Part shown: one piece after another, positions 32,310-44,924 of the stretch
Layout: every line of letters begins with the position of its first letter
Position numbering within the stretch: the stretch's first letter is position 1
Origin: Carpediemonas membranifera BICM
Taxonomy: Eukaryota; Protista; Fornicata
Length of the DNA stretch: 64,000 nt
Direction: 5' to 3'
NCBI GenBank assembly: GCA_019828565.1
Contig: JAHDYR010000067.1
Span: forward strand, 650,244 to 714,243
Translations under genes and position numbers: made by a program
Notes under the pieces: generated by a model
Told to the model about the DNA's origin: nothing
Database searches by the model: none
What the model saw: only the letters and a program-made list of their open reading frames with translations

Positions 32310-34131
32310 TCATTCCCGTTCCCCCACCCGATCGGTCTGCAGCATCGCCAGCTCTGCCAGCAGCTCCTCGTTCCTCGCCGCAAGCTCCTTGTTTCTCGCA
32401 AGAAGTGTGTCTATCATGCTCTGCATTGCACCAGGACTCATATCACCGGCAAGACTGCCCGTATCTGCGGTCACAGGTCGGATGATTTGCTCAAGAACAG
32501 CGGTCTGTTGCTCCAACATTGTCTGGACAGTAGCCACAGTTAGCCCACTCCCTAGGGGCTTCGGGGTAGTTGCCTTGGCTTGCGACGGCGTGGCCACGGG
32601 CCGTGTTGCTTCATCCCGCGCGCTGACGAGGGGTAGATCCCGTATGCTCGGCTCCTTCTCGCCAATGAATCTATCAACCTCCCCGTCCCCGTCGCTGAAG
32701 ATCCCAGTGCCAGTGCCCCCCTCACCGGGCGGTTTCTTCTCAGATCGCCGGACGGTGAATCGTCCTTTCTTACGGCCGCCTGCTACGAGCTTGGCGCTCT
32801 CCGCGGGCGTATCTGGTCTTGACCCCTCGACCGAGTCGTGGTCATCTCTGTCGCTAGGAGCGCGCTCAGCAGGCGTGCGTTCGTCTCGATCGCGTGTTGG
32901 TTCTCGAGTCGTGCTGATTGTGCTTGGTATCTCGCGTGTGTCCTTCTCCTTGCGGTCGGGGGCAACTACCTCTACCCGCTCGACCCTGTCAACCGGCTCG
33001 ATCTCGTCCTCACAGATCCTCTCAGGCCGGTGCGAGGTCTTGCTCTGAACTCTGTCCGCGTCTATCTTGGCTGCGGCCTTGTTCTCCTCCGTCCCGCTGA
33101 ATTTCCAGCTCGTGTGTAGCTGGGCGCCGGTCGCTACCTGCGGCACCTGGCGGGGCGGTGCAGTTTTAAGGAACTCGACGTATCTTGCCAGAGCCGCGCC
33201 GAGTTGCTGCTTGCCATCGGGAATGCGGGATTTCTTGGCCGCGGCCCAGGCTTGGAGAATGCCGAGGAGTTCTTTCATGGACAGCCGCTCCTGGGGCGAG
33301 CGCTTGAGGCATCCGTGGATGAATGACTTCATCTTGGAGCTAGTCTCGGGCGGTGGGCCGGGCGGGTCGCGCTGGAGGGTCTTGATGAGGACCTTCATGG
33401 CCGGCAGGTCCGAGTGGGGCGCTGCGCCGTACATCATCTCGAGAGCGGTGATTCCGAGCGACCATACATCCGCCTTCTGGTCGTAGCCCTTGTTGTTCTG
33501 CTCCACAACCTCCGGGGCCATCCAACAGGGCGTGCCCACGAAAGTCTGGCGCTTGTTGACTCTGGAACCAGCGTCAAACATGGATGCTGAGACGCCAAAG
33601 TCCGCGAGAAACACGCGGAGGTGAGTGTCCACGAGAATGTTGCCTGTGTGAGTCTGAGCGATGGGCTGTTGGTAGAAGGCCGTGCTAATACATACCTGCC
33701 TTGACGTCCCGGTGGATGCGGCCCGTTGAGTGGAAATAGACGAGAGCCTCGACCACTTCCAGGAGGATGTAGCCTACTGCTTCTTCTCGAAGGCCATCGC
33801 GGGATACTGCGTGCATGATGTCGTGAATGGAGCCCTCGAGCAAGGGCATGACTATGTATAGGCTGGATTCGTGCAGGAACACAGTGTGGAACTGAACGAG
33901 GTTGTTGTGCCGTGTCATACGCATAGTCTGGATCTCCTGGCGGATCTCCTCGAGGAAACTGGAGTTGCCGTGCTCTAAGTCGATGATTTTGACTGCAACT
34001 TCTTCGTCTTTAGCGAGACAGCGCGCCTTGTAAACTGTGGCGGATGCACCATTGCCGATAGGACAAATAAGCTCGTAGTCCTCTTTGCTATCAGGCCATA
34101 TCAAGCCTTCTGGTTGGGTTTCAGTTGACAT
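32310..34131 (-). CDS. STE20-family (OSR1/SPAK-like) Ser/Thr kinase; 52-nt intron 33644-33695
   Basis: GTATGT...CACAG splice restores HRDVKAG|NILV; motifs IGNGASATVY, DFGVSA and TFVGTPCWMAPEV; C-terminal KKGRFTV. Confidence 0.93.
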
Positions 34132-34485
34132 CGACGGATTGTCGCCCTTGTAGAGCCGCTCTTGTCGACGTGCCTTAAACCGCTCGCTCGAAAAAATGTT
34201 GTTGCTGTTGACAAACAGCACTTGTTGCCTTCTCTCGGACATTGTGTGTTGCGTATAAGATGTTCAGTTGTTTCAGTTCTCCAATCGCCGCTCAATTTTC
34301 AAATGGACCACGCCGCTGGTCAGAAACGCCATAAATTGCGCAAGAAACAATGCACAGAGGAACATGATGCCCAGCATTCTTCGCTCCGCCACATTTCCAG
34401 CTCAATCGTCCCACCCCGGCTCATTTTCGTCGGGGAATCCTCTGCATGAAAAAAGCTGTAGCAAAATCCAAATCGACGTTGAACT

Positions 34486-35703
34486 ATGGAGCCGCAACAC
34501 GCCAAGGCTCAATACGACTATAACGGAAAAGAAGAGCGTGAGCTTAGTTTCCATGTGAACGATATTATCCTCGTGCTTAAGTCTGATCCCTCTGGCTGGA
34601 TGAAGGGTGAGCTCGATGGAAAGCAAGGCTGGTTCCCGCGGTCCTATGTGACCATTGGAGACTCCAACAGTACATCAACTCAAGCAGCGGCCAAATCTGC
34701 TGCCAGCAGCGCTGATTTCCCCTATATGGCTCGAGCTGCCTACACGTATGGCGGTCAGGAGGAAAAAGAGCTTTCATTCAAGAGTGGGGAGCTCATCAAG
34801 GTCCTCAAGGCTGATCCGTCAGGCTGGATGAAGGGTGAACTGAACGGCAAGCAGGGCTGGTTCCCCGAGACGTTCATTGTACCAATTCGTGACGAGCAAG
34901 TGACACAGGGCGCAGCTGACTCTGCGTCCATCCAGCCTGCCACAGCCCCTGCCCAGCCAGTAAGCAAGCCCAGCCCCGCCGAGGCGCCCGAGAAGGAGAA
35001 GAAAGACAAGGACAAGAACGCCACCCATACTGATGATACCTCCTGGAAGGGCGTGCTGAAGTTCCTCAATGGCTTCTTCAAGCGTCGCCCGACCCGCGAG
35101 GAGCTTATCCGCAAGAAAATCCTCCCTCCAGAGGGGGATCGACTCTTCGGCCTCGACCTCCAGCGCGTGCTCGACCGTGAACAGCGCACTGTTCCGCGTT
35201 TCGTCACAGACGCCATCGCATACCTGAGAGAACACGGCATTCACGAGGAAGGCATCTTCCGTCTCTCTGCTTCTGCCGCACAGCTCCAAGAGAAACGACT
35301 GGCCCTCGACTACGAGCACCAGGTCGACCTCAGTGGAATCAAGGACCACAACCTCGTCGCCGCGCTGTTTAAGTTGTACATCAGAGAGCTTCCTGGCGGT
35401 GTGATCGGCACGGCTCCTCTGGCCGAGCTCGGGGCTGTCGTGGGCGACCTTGAGGCGACCGCAGCGGTTCTCGATAGGCTGCCTGCGTGCAAGCGGGACT
35501 TTATGAAGACTGTAATGCCGCTACTTGCGGAGGTCGCCGAGATTCCTGAGAATCGTATGGATGCCAACAATATCGCCATTATATTCGGCCAGAACATATT
35601 TGAGCAGGTGGGGGCGTTCGACCCTGATGTGCTGAAGAATCAACACGCTGTCCTCAAGACGATGGTCGAGAACTGGGCCGCGATCGCGGGGATGCTGGCG
35701 TGA
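34486..35703 (+). CDS. SH3-SH3-RPEL-like-RhoGAP protein
   Basis: Two SH3 domains (ELSF, GW.KG, GWFP); RRPTREELIRKKIL; RhoGAP motifs EGIFRLS, KLYIRELP and NRMDANNIAIIFG. Confidence 0.93.
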   Translation: MEPQHAKAQYDYNGKEERELSFHVNDIILVLKSDPSGWMKGELDGKQGWFPRSYVTIGDSNSTSTQAAAKSAASSADFPYMARAAYTYGGQEEKELSFKSGELIKVLKADPSGWMKGELNGKQGWFPETFIVPIRDEQVTQGAADSASIQPATAPAQPVSKPSPAEAPEKEKKDKDKNATHTDDTSWKGVLKFLNGFFKRRPTREELIRKKILPPEGDRLFGLDLQRVLDREQRTVPRFVTDAIAYLREHGIHEEGIFRLSASAAQLQEKRLALDYEHQVDLSGIKDHNLVAALFKLYIRELPGGVIGTAPLAELGAVVGDLEATAAVLDRLPACKRDFMKTVMPLLAEVAEIPENRMDANNIAIIFGQNIFEQVGAFDPDVLKNQHAVLKTMVENWAAIAGMLA

Positions 35704-36290
35704 GGGATAAATGCTTGTAGAACTTGAGTTGAGAGATGATGGAAGGGTTGTTTTAAGTCGAACTTGACCCGACTGGGTATCGTTGGAGGGGAGGTTTATC
35801 AGTGGCAGGTTGGCGCGCGGGGGCAGGTTGAAGGACCCACCCGGTAGCCCCCCTCCCCCCCCACACACAATTTTAGAATGCTAGGTTGTGTGTTCTGCCT
35901 CACCTGCGCGACTCCGTCGACTCAGGGTCGATCTGGTAAATCTTATGTGAGGGTTGAGAGAGAACCTTTCTCGTCTCGCCCTCGTGCCAAAGAAATACTA
36001 TTACACTGGTGAATGGCCGTCTAGTTTATTGTCGTTCTTGTTCAGTTACCAAGTGAACGTGTCATGTGACGCTATGGAGTGCAGCTTGCTGATTCCGGCT
36101 TGGGATGGAAGCATGCAACCTCCTTTTGTCAGGATACTGAAGCCCGGCTCTTTTCAAATTTTTGATTTGAATGATCGACTGTCGCAGTCCAAGTCCGCAA
36201 TCAACCGTTTGACCGCTGCTGGTTACGCTGGAAGCTTGTAATTGCCTTGGTACTGCTAAGGTGTTGATCTTGGTTAGTTTCGCCGCAGAC

Positions 36291-36304
36291 TGGTGTCAGC
36301 GCGG
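36291..36304 (+). promoter_or_regulatory. Candidate primer-binding site TGGTGTCAGCGCGG
   Basis: TGG-initiated sequence complementary to a tRNA 3' end, about 150 bp before the gag ATG and preceded by CA plus 3 nt. Confidence 0.5.
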
Positions 36305-36439
36305 CACTTCAATCAAATATTTATTTGATTGATGATCCGATCCGATCCCCGGGCAGGGTCCCGAATCATCTTTTTGTTTTGCTTGTAAAGCTTCACCCCC
36401 CGTTTCGTCTGCGAAACGAACAGTATTAATACTAGTTTG

Positions 36440-39400
36440 ATGCAGAACGTTCCTGTGCCGGTTCCTAAACTAGCACTACAAGAATTGAGCCCAAAGACCT
36501 GGGCCAACTTCAAGAGAACGATGATCCAGTTCAAAATCTTCTACCCCGCAGCCACATACGCTGCCTTCCTAGACGCTGAACTCCAAGGTGCCCTAGAGGT
36601 CCAGCACAACGTTTCGCTGGCCTCCCAGTCCGACGACGACGTAATCCGCTGGGTTAACCAGCTCTTGGCGCCCCGAGACCCTCAAGACCTCCGCCTCCGT
36701 CTGGAGGCCGTGAAGTGCCAGGTGGATGCGAACCACGCCGTGTCGCGCGCCAACCATATCCGAGCTTATGCTCGTGCGTTTACAGATGTCCTGGGCTCTG
36801 CGGAGTTCATGGCCACCCCGCCAGCTACCCCTGAGGCGGACGAATCCATCCTCGCCGGGAACACTGACGGCACCGAACCAGAGCCCCCGGCCGATACCAC
36901 CGTTCCGGCCGCCAGCGAGACCACGTCGGCCTCTCGGGCTCATCAGCGCATCTTTGCGCAGGGCTTGAGGCCCGCCGCCTTCAGAGATGCCGTTGACTAT
37001 GCCCAACGTGTAGAACGTCCGTCCTCTCTGCAGGACCTCATCCAGCTAACTCTCAAGATCGCGGACGAAGATGACGAGGCCCGCGAGAAGGCCCAGCGCT
37101 TCGGATACTACGCGGGTCGGGGCCATGCCCCCACTGGGCCGCAGCGTCAGGGCCCCATAACCCCCTATCGTCCCAAGCCGCTGACCGGACCCAACCCGGG
37201 CCGCCAGGATCAGCCGCGGAATAATCCCGACCAGAGACGCCAGACCTTCGCCCAGCCACGCGAATCCCCTGGAAATTTCAGGGCTCCCGATTATCGCGCA
37301 GGCCGCAGAGCATGGAACCGAGAGAATGGATCCCTTCGCCCCGCCAGAGGCAACACCGCTCGCCAAAGTGCCCCTCGCGTGGTGAACACCCTCGATAATG
37401 GAGAACAGGTCGAAGATCATGAGGTTTTCCTCTTAGACGGTGATATCTCCGCGTCCACGGGACCTCTTACCGTGGAAGCCGCGATCGGTGACATGTCTAT
37501 GCGCGCCATCATCGATACCGGTGCTTCCGTCACGTGTATCACCGAGCCTCTCGCGCACATGCTTCTTGAGGCCAAGAGCGCCAAACTCGTCGCCCGAGAG
37601 CCCATCACGGCCACCCCGGCCTTCGGCAGTACCCTATCTGTGAATGAGTTCATCGAGACCTCCCTCACTGCCACCCTAGTCGGTAGCCCGGTCCACACCA
37701 CGATCATCGCCGCCGTCATTCCCGGACAATCTCAGAAGGTTCTGATTGGGACCGACACGCTACGGAGCCTGGGAGTCCTGTGTAAGGACGAGCTATTCCT
37801 GAAGCTCAGCGCCCAGCCCGACAACCCCAAGGATGACGATATCCCGCTACCTGTGTTCTCCATCGCTCCAGCCACCGAGGACCCGCTATCGCTTATTCAG
37901 ATCCCGAACGACGACCTCCGCCCGGAGATAGTTGAGCTCGTGAATCAATACGCCGAGCTCTTCAGCGATATTCCCCCAGAGGGCGCCAATGTGCCGCCGA
38001 TGCACATCCCCATCGCGGAAGATGCCCCTCTAGTCCAGTCTGCACCGCGCCGTCTTGCCCCGCAGGCCAGAGACGCAGTCGATGCTGAATGCGAGCGCCT
38101 CCTTCAGGCCGGCATCATCGAGCCGAGCCAAGGCCCTTGGGCCAGCCCCATTGTTGTGGTCGGAAAGAAGGACGGACGCATGAGACTGTGCGTTGATTAC
38201 ACGCAGATCAACCGCCTGACGCCGCCAGACAACTTCCCGCTACCTAACATCCGGGAGTTCCTTCGCGCAGCCGCAGGCTGCACGGTGTTTGCCTCGCTAG
38301 ACCTCAAGCAAGGCTATCACCAGGCCCCACTTCGAGAGGAAGACCGTCCGCTGTCAGCCTTTTGTCACACCCGACGGATACTTCCAGTACCGCCGGGTCC
38401 CCTTCGGCCTCACCCGTGCCCCGTCCTATTTCCAACGCATCATGCAAACGGTACTAGCACCCGTGCTCCACCGTGGCGTGGAAGTATACCTAGACGACGT
38501 CCTCATCTATGCTAGGTCTCCCAAGGAATTCATGACGATCCTTGGCTGCGTCTTCGAGCTCCTCCGGAAGGCCCGCCTCCGCCTCGGAGCCGCCAAATGC
38601 ACGCTCGGTGCCTCAGAGATCACTTCTGTTGGGTTCATCATGGACAAACAGGGCATCAGAGTGACCGAAGACCGCATCAAGGCTCTCACGGAGCTCCGTA
38701 GCCCTTGCAACCTGAAGGAGCTGCGCATGGTGCTGGGTAAGTTCAACTATGTGGCCCGACACCTCCCCCAAGCTCAGAAACACCTCGCGACGCTGTCGGA
38801 GCTCTTGGCTGGCGTCCCCGCAAAGGCAGGCTCCAAGAACCGCAGCAAGACGGTCACCATCACCTGGGAGGCTCGCCACGAGCATGCCCTCACCTGCCTT
38901 AAAGAGCAGGTCCGCTCCCGGGTCACCCTGGCCTATCCCGACCTGTCGAAGGAGTGGCATCTGTTCACCGACGCCTCAACGCAGGGGAGTAGGCGGTGTA
39001 CTTATCCAAGGCCGACCCGACGCGCCGGACGCTGAAGTAGTGGCATTCTTCGCCAAGAGCTTCACGACCACACAGAAGGCATGGTCCACATATGAGCAGG
39101 AGTTATATGGAATCCTACACGCCCTCTCCTCCTCCGAGTTGACGCCGCTCCTGAAGTGCCATCCCAAGCTCCACGTCCACACCGATCACCGTAACCTGGT
39201 ATTTATCCGGAAGAAGTACCCTCAGAACGCGAAGATCGCTCGCTGGCGCATTACGATGAACGAATTCACGTTTACTCTCGAACATGTCGCTGGCGAGGCT
39301 AACACGGTAGCAGACGCCCTATCTCGTGTCCTCCCCGACCTCAACGTCGACACTGTCTACGCTGTGCACGTGAACGGGAGAGGCGAGGACTTCGTCATGA

Positions 39401-39969
39401 TCGACCCACAAGCTGAGCTCACCAAGGTGCACAACACCGCGGTTGGTCATGTGGGCCCCCCCGAGATGATACGCCGTCTGCGAAAGGCGGGCGTCCAGTG
39501 GCCCGGCATGTGGGAGGATGCCCGAGCTTTCTTCACAACGTGCACCGAGTGCCAGCGTGTCCGCCCAGGCCAGCGCTTGCCGGTCCCCCAACACCCAGAC
39601 CTGCGGACAATACCCTTCCAGTCCGTCCAGGTCGACACCCTGGGCCCGTTTGCCCAGGACGAACACGGCCAGAAGTACGTCGTCGTGATCGTAGACGCGT
39701 TTTCTCGACACGTTTCTCTATTCCCGACGCACACTACGTCAGCAAAAGACGCCGCCGACGCAATCTACAAGTTTCGCGCCGCGTTCGGCGTGCCGGAGTT
39801 CATACAGACGGACCAAGGCTCGCAGTACAAGAACAGTTTAATCGAAGAGCTCACAAGAAGCCTCACGATCGAACACCGCTTCTCTACGCCGTACCACCCC
39901 CAAGCAAACGGAAAGGTCGAACGCATGAATGCTGAGATCGCCCGTCACATGAGGACGCTCGTAGATGAA
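36440..39969 (+). pseudogene. Gypsy gag-pol, 5' part; two +1 frameshifts in homopolymers (~38,362 and ~38,985)
   Basis: Protease IIDTGAS; RT DLKQGYHQ, VPFGL and YLDD; RNaseH TDAS, EQEL, TDH and ADALSR; integrase HHCC plus D-D-E (VDTLGP, TDQG, VERMN). Confidence 0.92.
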
Positions 39970-42456
39970 AGAAATTTAACGTATCCTGTACACCTGTGTA
40001 AATCAGGGAATTACCAGTTTGCACCACCCCATGTCCCCGGGAACGCCTTAGCGTGTTGACTTCCCTTCGTGAGCGAGCCTGATACTACGTTGGGGGCGTT
40101 AGCACCATCACCGTCAGGGTCCAGCTGGTAAGGCTGGGTAGTCCCTTGCATGTTGACCTATCAACTGGCTGGCCCGATACCCCCAAAGTCGGGATAACCC
40201 AGGTCTTACTCTTGGGGGTCCTTCGGGCCCCCGTTCTGCCTGGCACCCGCAAGGCCTTGCCCTGCACACCCGCCACCGGGGCCTTCTGCTCGGTTTCCCC
40301 TACAGGGCTCCTCTCAGGGATATGTTCTCCATACCATTCGACCCAGTTTGCAATTTTTCAGGCACCCGCCGAAGCGGTTTCGGGCTTGGCGTTTGCCGTA
40401 CCACGCAATTGGGCCAGTTATGAAACCCACCGATCATCGCTGGGTAGCTATATGATTCACGGCTGCGTTCGGGCTCTTCCACACTTTCCGTTCCGGCATG
40501 GATCCCCTCCTCAAGGATTTGTTCCCTATAGGGCTTCTTCCTAGCTTCCGGCTGGTTCCAAGTTTTGGGTGCCGGGCCGTTCGGCGCAGCTCTGATTTGG
40601 TCCAGGTGCCGCCCAGGTGGTATTGTTGCCTTATGGTTACCCTCCTGTTTGGCTGCTGCGCCCCGATACCTCGCACGTACGTGTATACATGTGCATACGT
40701 GCCCCGCCCTATGGCTCTGGGTTATTTCTTATACGTGTGAAGAGTGTGCCGGTTCTGCCGACTGAATGTTGTCTACGTTCCCAGTATGGGTGAGCGTTTG
40801 TGTGTTAGCGAGATTAGTGTTCGGGGTTGAGTCCCCCTTCCGCGGCTGGGTGCTACCGGGATACGTGGGGCTTGCGTCCCCCGCTGATCCCAGGAGCGCT
40901 CCGCTTCGGTTGAGGCGGGGGTTGGATCCCAGTTTGACCCTGGTCCCAGAGGTCATAGGATTCTGGGATGGTGTACTTACCCGTCTTTCCGGAGGTTCAG
41001 AAGGGCACGTCTGCCGTTCTGCAGTCCCTCTCTGACGGTATGGTCCTCGCTGCGGAGGAGCCAGAGCATTTCCAGGATTGCCCTTGAGTTGTACCACTCC
41101 GCCTCCTGCCCTTGCCTTAGGGCGTGGTACTGTGTGCGTAGATGCGCCTCTGCCAGGATGTCATTCCATCCTTCTGGGCGTTCTACCGCCTTGCATTGGC
41201 AGATGATGTGGCTTTGTGTTCCCAGGGGCTGGTTGTATGCCCATTCTGAGAGGATTTTGGTGGTTTCCGCCGCGGTTCTGGTGACAGTGTACAGGCGAGT
41301 AATGGTGTCACCTTCTGAGTCCAGGGTACATAGGGGGCAACACCGCTTGATCCTGCTCAGGAGGGCCTGGGGCTGGCCGATCGCGCTCCCAAGTATGGCT
41401 CTGCTTCTGCCACTGTTGCTGGGGGAGGGGAGTGTGTTGGATGCAGTCATGATTACTCTCTTGACTTCCCGTCTGGTTATCATCTCACCCTTGATCATTC
41501 CTGGTTTCTTGGGTCTCTTCCCTTGCTGCATGCTGAGGATGACTTCCGGGGCTAGTACTGTTGCCACCCCTTTGGCCGTTCGGCTCCCCGGTGTGCAGTA
41601 GTTCTTCTGCTGTGAGGGTCCAGCCTCCCCTCTTTGCTCTTTCCCTGGCGGGCATCTCCTCCTGTGTGCCCTGGAGGACGCTCCGTCGCCATTGGTAGAG
41701 GCGATGTAAGACCGATCCTCTCTCCGCTGTCGCCCAGTCCAGATTCCCTAGGGGGTCGGACGGTCCGGGTCGTGCGCAGACTCATAGAGCCTCACCGCTC
41801 TCTGCCCCATATCTGCCTCCCAGCACATCCATCCCATTAGTACACGGGCGGCTCCTCCTCCCCCTGGTCCTGTGCCTGCCATTAGGCCGCGCCAGTTGTT
41901 CCAGATGGCTCTTCCCCCTGGCGCTTGGCCCCAGATCTCGATCCCGAACTCGATCTTGGGCCAGAGGAAGGTTCTGAGGATGGATTCCGAGGTGGCGGCC
42001 GGGGTGGATCCTTTGGTCCACCCTGCTCTCCTTGCCAGGGCTAGGTATTTCCGGGATTGTGACGTCTTCATTTTGATGCATGCTGCCAACGGATTCTTCC
42101 CGCTGGCTAGCCAGAGTCCCAGATACCTTGCTGAGTCTGACGCCAGTGTGGGAGTTCCTTGGATGCTGACCGCTGCAGTTACGTCGGTACTTATCACCAC
42201 ACTTTTGCCTGGGCTGGTCTGGAGTCCATGGGCTTCAATTACCCTGACCACTGCGTCTGTGCCTTCTTCGGCGAGCTGTGGGGTCTCGGCTGAGATGCTT
42301 GTATCATCTACAAACATTGCAATGAGGCAGTTTTTGGGCCTATCGTCCGTTGGAGGGAGGCAGGGGTCCGGGATCTCTCTATGCCGGAGGTACAGTGCCG
42401 CCTGGCTTAGCCAGTTAGCTGTGAAGAGAATGAACAGAGTGGGGGCCACCACACAT
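39970..42456 (-). mobile_element. 5'-truncated non-LTR retrotransposon (LINE) inserted antisense into the Gypsy integrase
   Basis: 17-bp TSD GGACGCTCGTAGATGAA at 39953-39969 and 42457-42473; RT motifs APTLFILF, MFVDDT, GLQTSPGKS and RYLG; C-terminal CPLC...HIICQC knuckle; about 1-kb 3' UTR. Confidence 0.92.
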
Positions 42457-42985
42457 GGACGCTCGTAGATGAACACGAAGCCGCTTGGAGCGACATGCTC
42501 CCGCAAGTGGCCCTCATACTCAACTCGCGAGTACACCCCGTGACCCATCAGTCCCCGTTGACCCTCCTCTTTGGTCACGACGGCTTCCACAAGGATACTC
42601 AGAGTCGGGAGGAGCGCTACACACGAGCCAGGAACTCTGTCTCCCGCGACCATGCCAAGAAGCTCGGCCGTGTTGCGTCCACGACCTACCGAGCTTATAC
42701 CAGCGGGAGCCTCGTACTGCTGGCCCCCATCAAGCCGATGAAGCTGGCCATGAAGTGGCGCGGCCCGTTCCGCGTCATACAGGAGGGGAAGGTCAAGGGA
42801 TCGGTCATCATTCAGTCCCTCACCGACGACGCCGACCAGTTCACCGTCGCGTCAGAGCGCCTCCGGCCTTTCCACCGCCGCCGAGGCCAGTCACTCGCAG
42901 AACTTCGGGCACTCGTAGCCCGCCAAGACCGTGAGTTCGAGGTCGAGTCCGTCAAGGACCTCGACATGAAGGGTCGCCGTCTCCA
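42457..42985 (+). pseudogene. Gypsy integrase C-terminus and truncated chromodomain
   Basis: Resumes at TLVDEHEAAWSDMLPQV..LNS..H..T..SP..LLFG; GPY/F module KLAMKWRGPFRV; chromodomain start EFEVESVKDL is cut before the conserved W. Confidence 0.88.
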
Positions 42986-42999
42986 TACTGTGAAAGTCG

Positions 43000-43058
43000 G
43001 TAGATAATCTACGATTTTTTCTAGATAATCTAGGGCCTAAAAACCCTAGATTATCTAC
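43000..43058. repeat. Subterminal TAGATAATCTA repeats: 14-bp perfect inverted arms with an 8-bp spacer, plus a third direct copy
   Basis: TAGATAATCTAGGG (43022-43035), CCTAAAAA, CCCTAGATTATCTA (43044-43057); extra copy at 43001-43011. Confidence 0.9.
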
Positions 43059-44057
43059 GGTTGCAAGAAAAAATGAACTCGACGATGAGCCGGAGCTGGA
43101 TCTTCAAAGTGGTATGGTAGTACTTGGCTATACCTAAGCAATACGCATGCGCAGTATCAAACTTTAAATCCTGCTAGAAAAAAGTAACATAGGGACAAAT
43201 TGGAATTGAGAGTTGAGACTCAAAAAACGGGCAGGGGGGAGGAAATGGTCCATAGGTACGCCTTATGGGTCGCTTCCTCCCTCTGCCCTTTTTAATCGCA
43301 AAATCGATTTGCCGGATTTGACACACGTTTGATGTGATCAAAATGGATTTGATAGACATGGGTCCAGATCATGCAGTTGGCCATCCTGAAGCGCTAGGGT
43401 GGCCTGCAGACCGCAGCAATGCCTCTGCTGAATGCCCTTCATGCCTGACGGACAGGACGCGCGTTGACTATAAAGGACTGCATGTTTCGGCATCAGAAGA
43501 AGGTGTGGAATACAACGGAGTCATCGCCGAACCGCTCCGACCAAGTCGGTTATTAGGACATCGCGTTCAGACGCCCTCTGCAATTACCAAGTCAATAGAT
43601 GGGAGTCGACCTGATCAGCACGTCATTTGGGGCCTCAGGTGACACTATAGCTGAGTTTGGCTGGGCGCTGCTGCGGCCATGGGCCGCTAGCGCGCTGATT
43701 GGCTCGTTTCTCCTCGTATAGCTGCCGTAGAGGTCTGATCTGAGCCTCGTTATAATAGTCTGCCCGAGTAGAGTCCAGCCATACCATAAATGTCCCCCAA
43801 TCTCCCCCTCCCAGTCGCTCATACCTCCAAAATGGCCTATATTCCCTGTAGGGAGATTAATAAGGGCGGATTTCCCATAAGTCGTGGCATAGAGGGAAGA
43901 GACTTTGTACACAGCCTCCTGATCGTGGGTTCAATTTTCACCGGGAGCAATATGCTCTTTTTGGCAGACAACGCCGCTCCGAGCTCTATCGCGCCCAGCG
44001 GTGCCTGCAGCGGCCAGAACAGAGCCAGAATTCGGGTGATTTTTAATCTCGATCGAA

Positions 44058-44715
44058 ATGCTGCTGAAGCACGCTCTAGAGGGACTGAAGCGCTCTACGA
44101 AGGAGCAATACAAGCAGACATATCAAAAACTGTGCGTTTACCTTGAGTGCGACGATGAGGATGCTGATGTTGTTATTATCACAGAGATCCGACAAAATAG
44201 TGACGTATTCGAACAGTTTCTGGACTCTCTGTCCTTCTGTTGCCGTTTTGGACGGTACAAGTCCATCTCGATGCCTCAACAGGCTCTCGTTCGCCTTCTT
44301 CGCACTGCTGGTGCCGAAACCGACCTAATTTGCAGGATAAGGACTCACACGCTTCCGGCACGCCAGGTGCTGACTGAGGAAGAGTACGACAAGCTCACGG
44401 GTGCTCTGAAGTACGACATTGCCGAGTCCCACCGTCAGCTCGCCCTAGTCGTTGCTCTCTGCCGGCTGGGATCGTATGTCGCAGACCTACGTGACTTAGA
44501 CCCGCGCTACAGGAGTTGATGCAAGAGGCTGCCGTGGATCACCCTGCCTTTGAGACCCTTATCTGGATGTCCAAGGACCTTGATTCGCTCTGGGGTAGTC
44601 CCCCATGACAGTCAGGCACGCGAACCGTATCCTGCACGAAGCGGGGATGCAGAGTCTGAAAAGACCCATCTCCCTGTCCGATCTGGATACCCCTGACGAC
44701 AGATGGAATGACTGA
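44058..44715 (+). CDS. Degenerate tyrosine-recombinase-fold protein 1 (two homopolymer frameshifts)
   Basis: STKEQY, VLTEEEYDKL and LCRLGSYVADLRDL (box I with Arg replaced); after frame correction MTVRHANRILHEAG..KRPISLSDL (HxxR lost). Confidence 0.5.
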
Positions 44716-44924
44716 AGCTGTAAACATATCCATTGACTCTGAATCTTTTATTTCTCCATCTGCGAGTTAAGCCAGGCCACTGCCTTTCCGTCAAATATAC
44801 CTTACGTGTGTCGTGCGCCTTCTTTGTTGCTCTTGCGGCTGAAGCATCAACAGTGGCCTGCTTCAACAAATCTCGGCAGCTAGACTTCGGCGTCTTGGTG
44901 CCACGTCGCGTGCAGGCCCACTCT

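Larger units (their letters stand above)
35887..42985 (+). mobile_element. Ty3/Gypsy chromodomain-bearing LTR retrotransposon, interrupted twice; 5' boundary approximate and 3' LTR not in window
   Basis: Domain order gag-PR-RT-RNaseH-IN-chromo; candidate PBS at 36291. Confidence 0.9.

Noticed and set aside
35887-36290. Exact 5' LTR boundaries
   Set aside because: No second LTR is present in the window to confirm them.
38355-38990. Frameshifts in Gypsy pol as programmed frameshifting
   Set aside because: They fall inside RT and RNaseH at homopolymer runs, like several others in 38-62 kb. Long-read indel errors or decay are more likely, so pseudogene status is uncertain.
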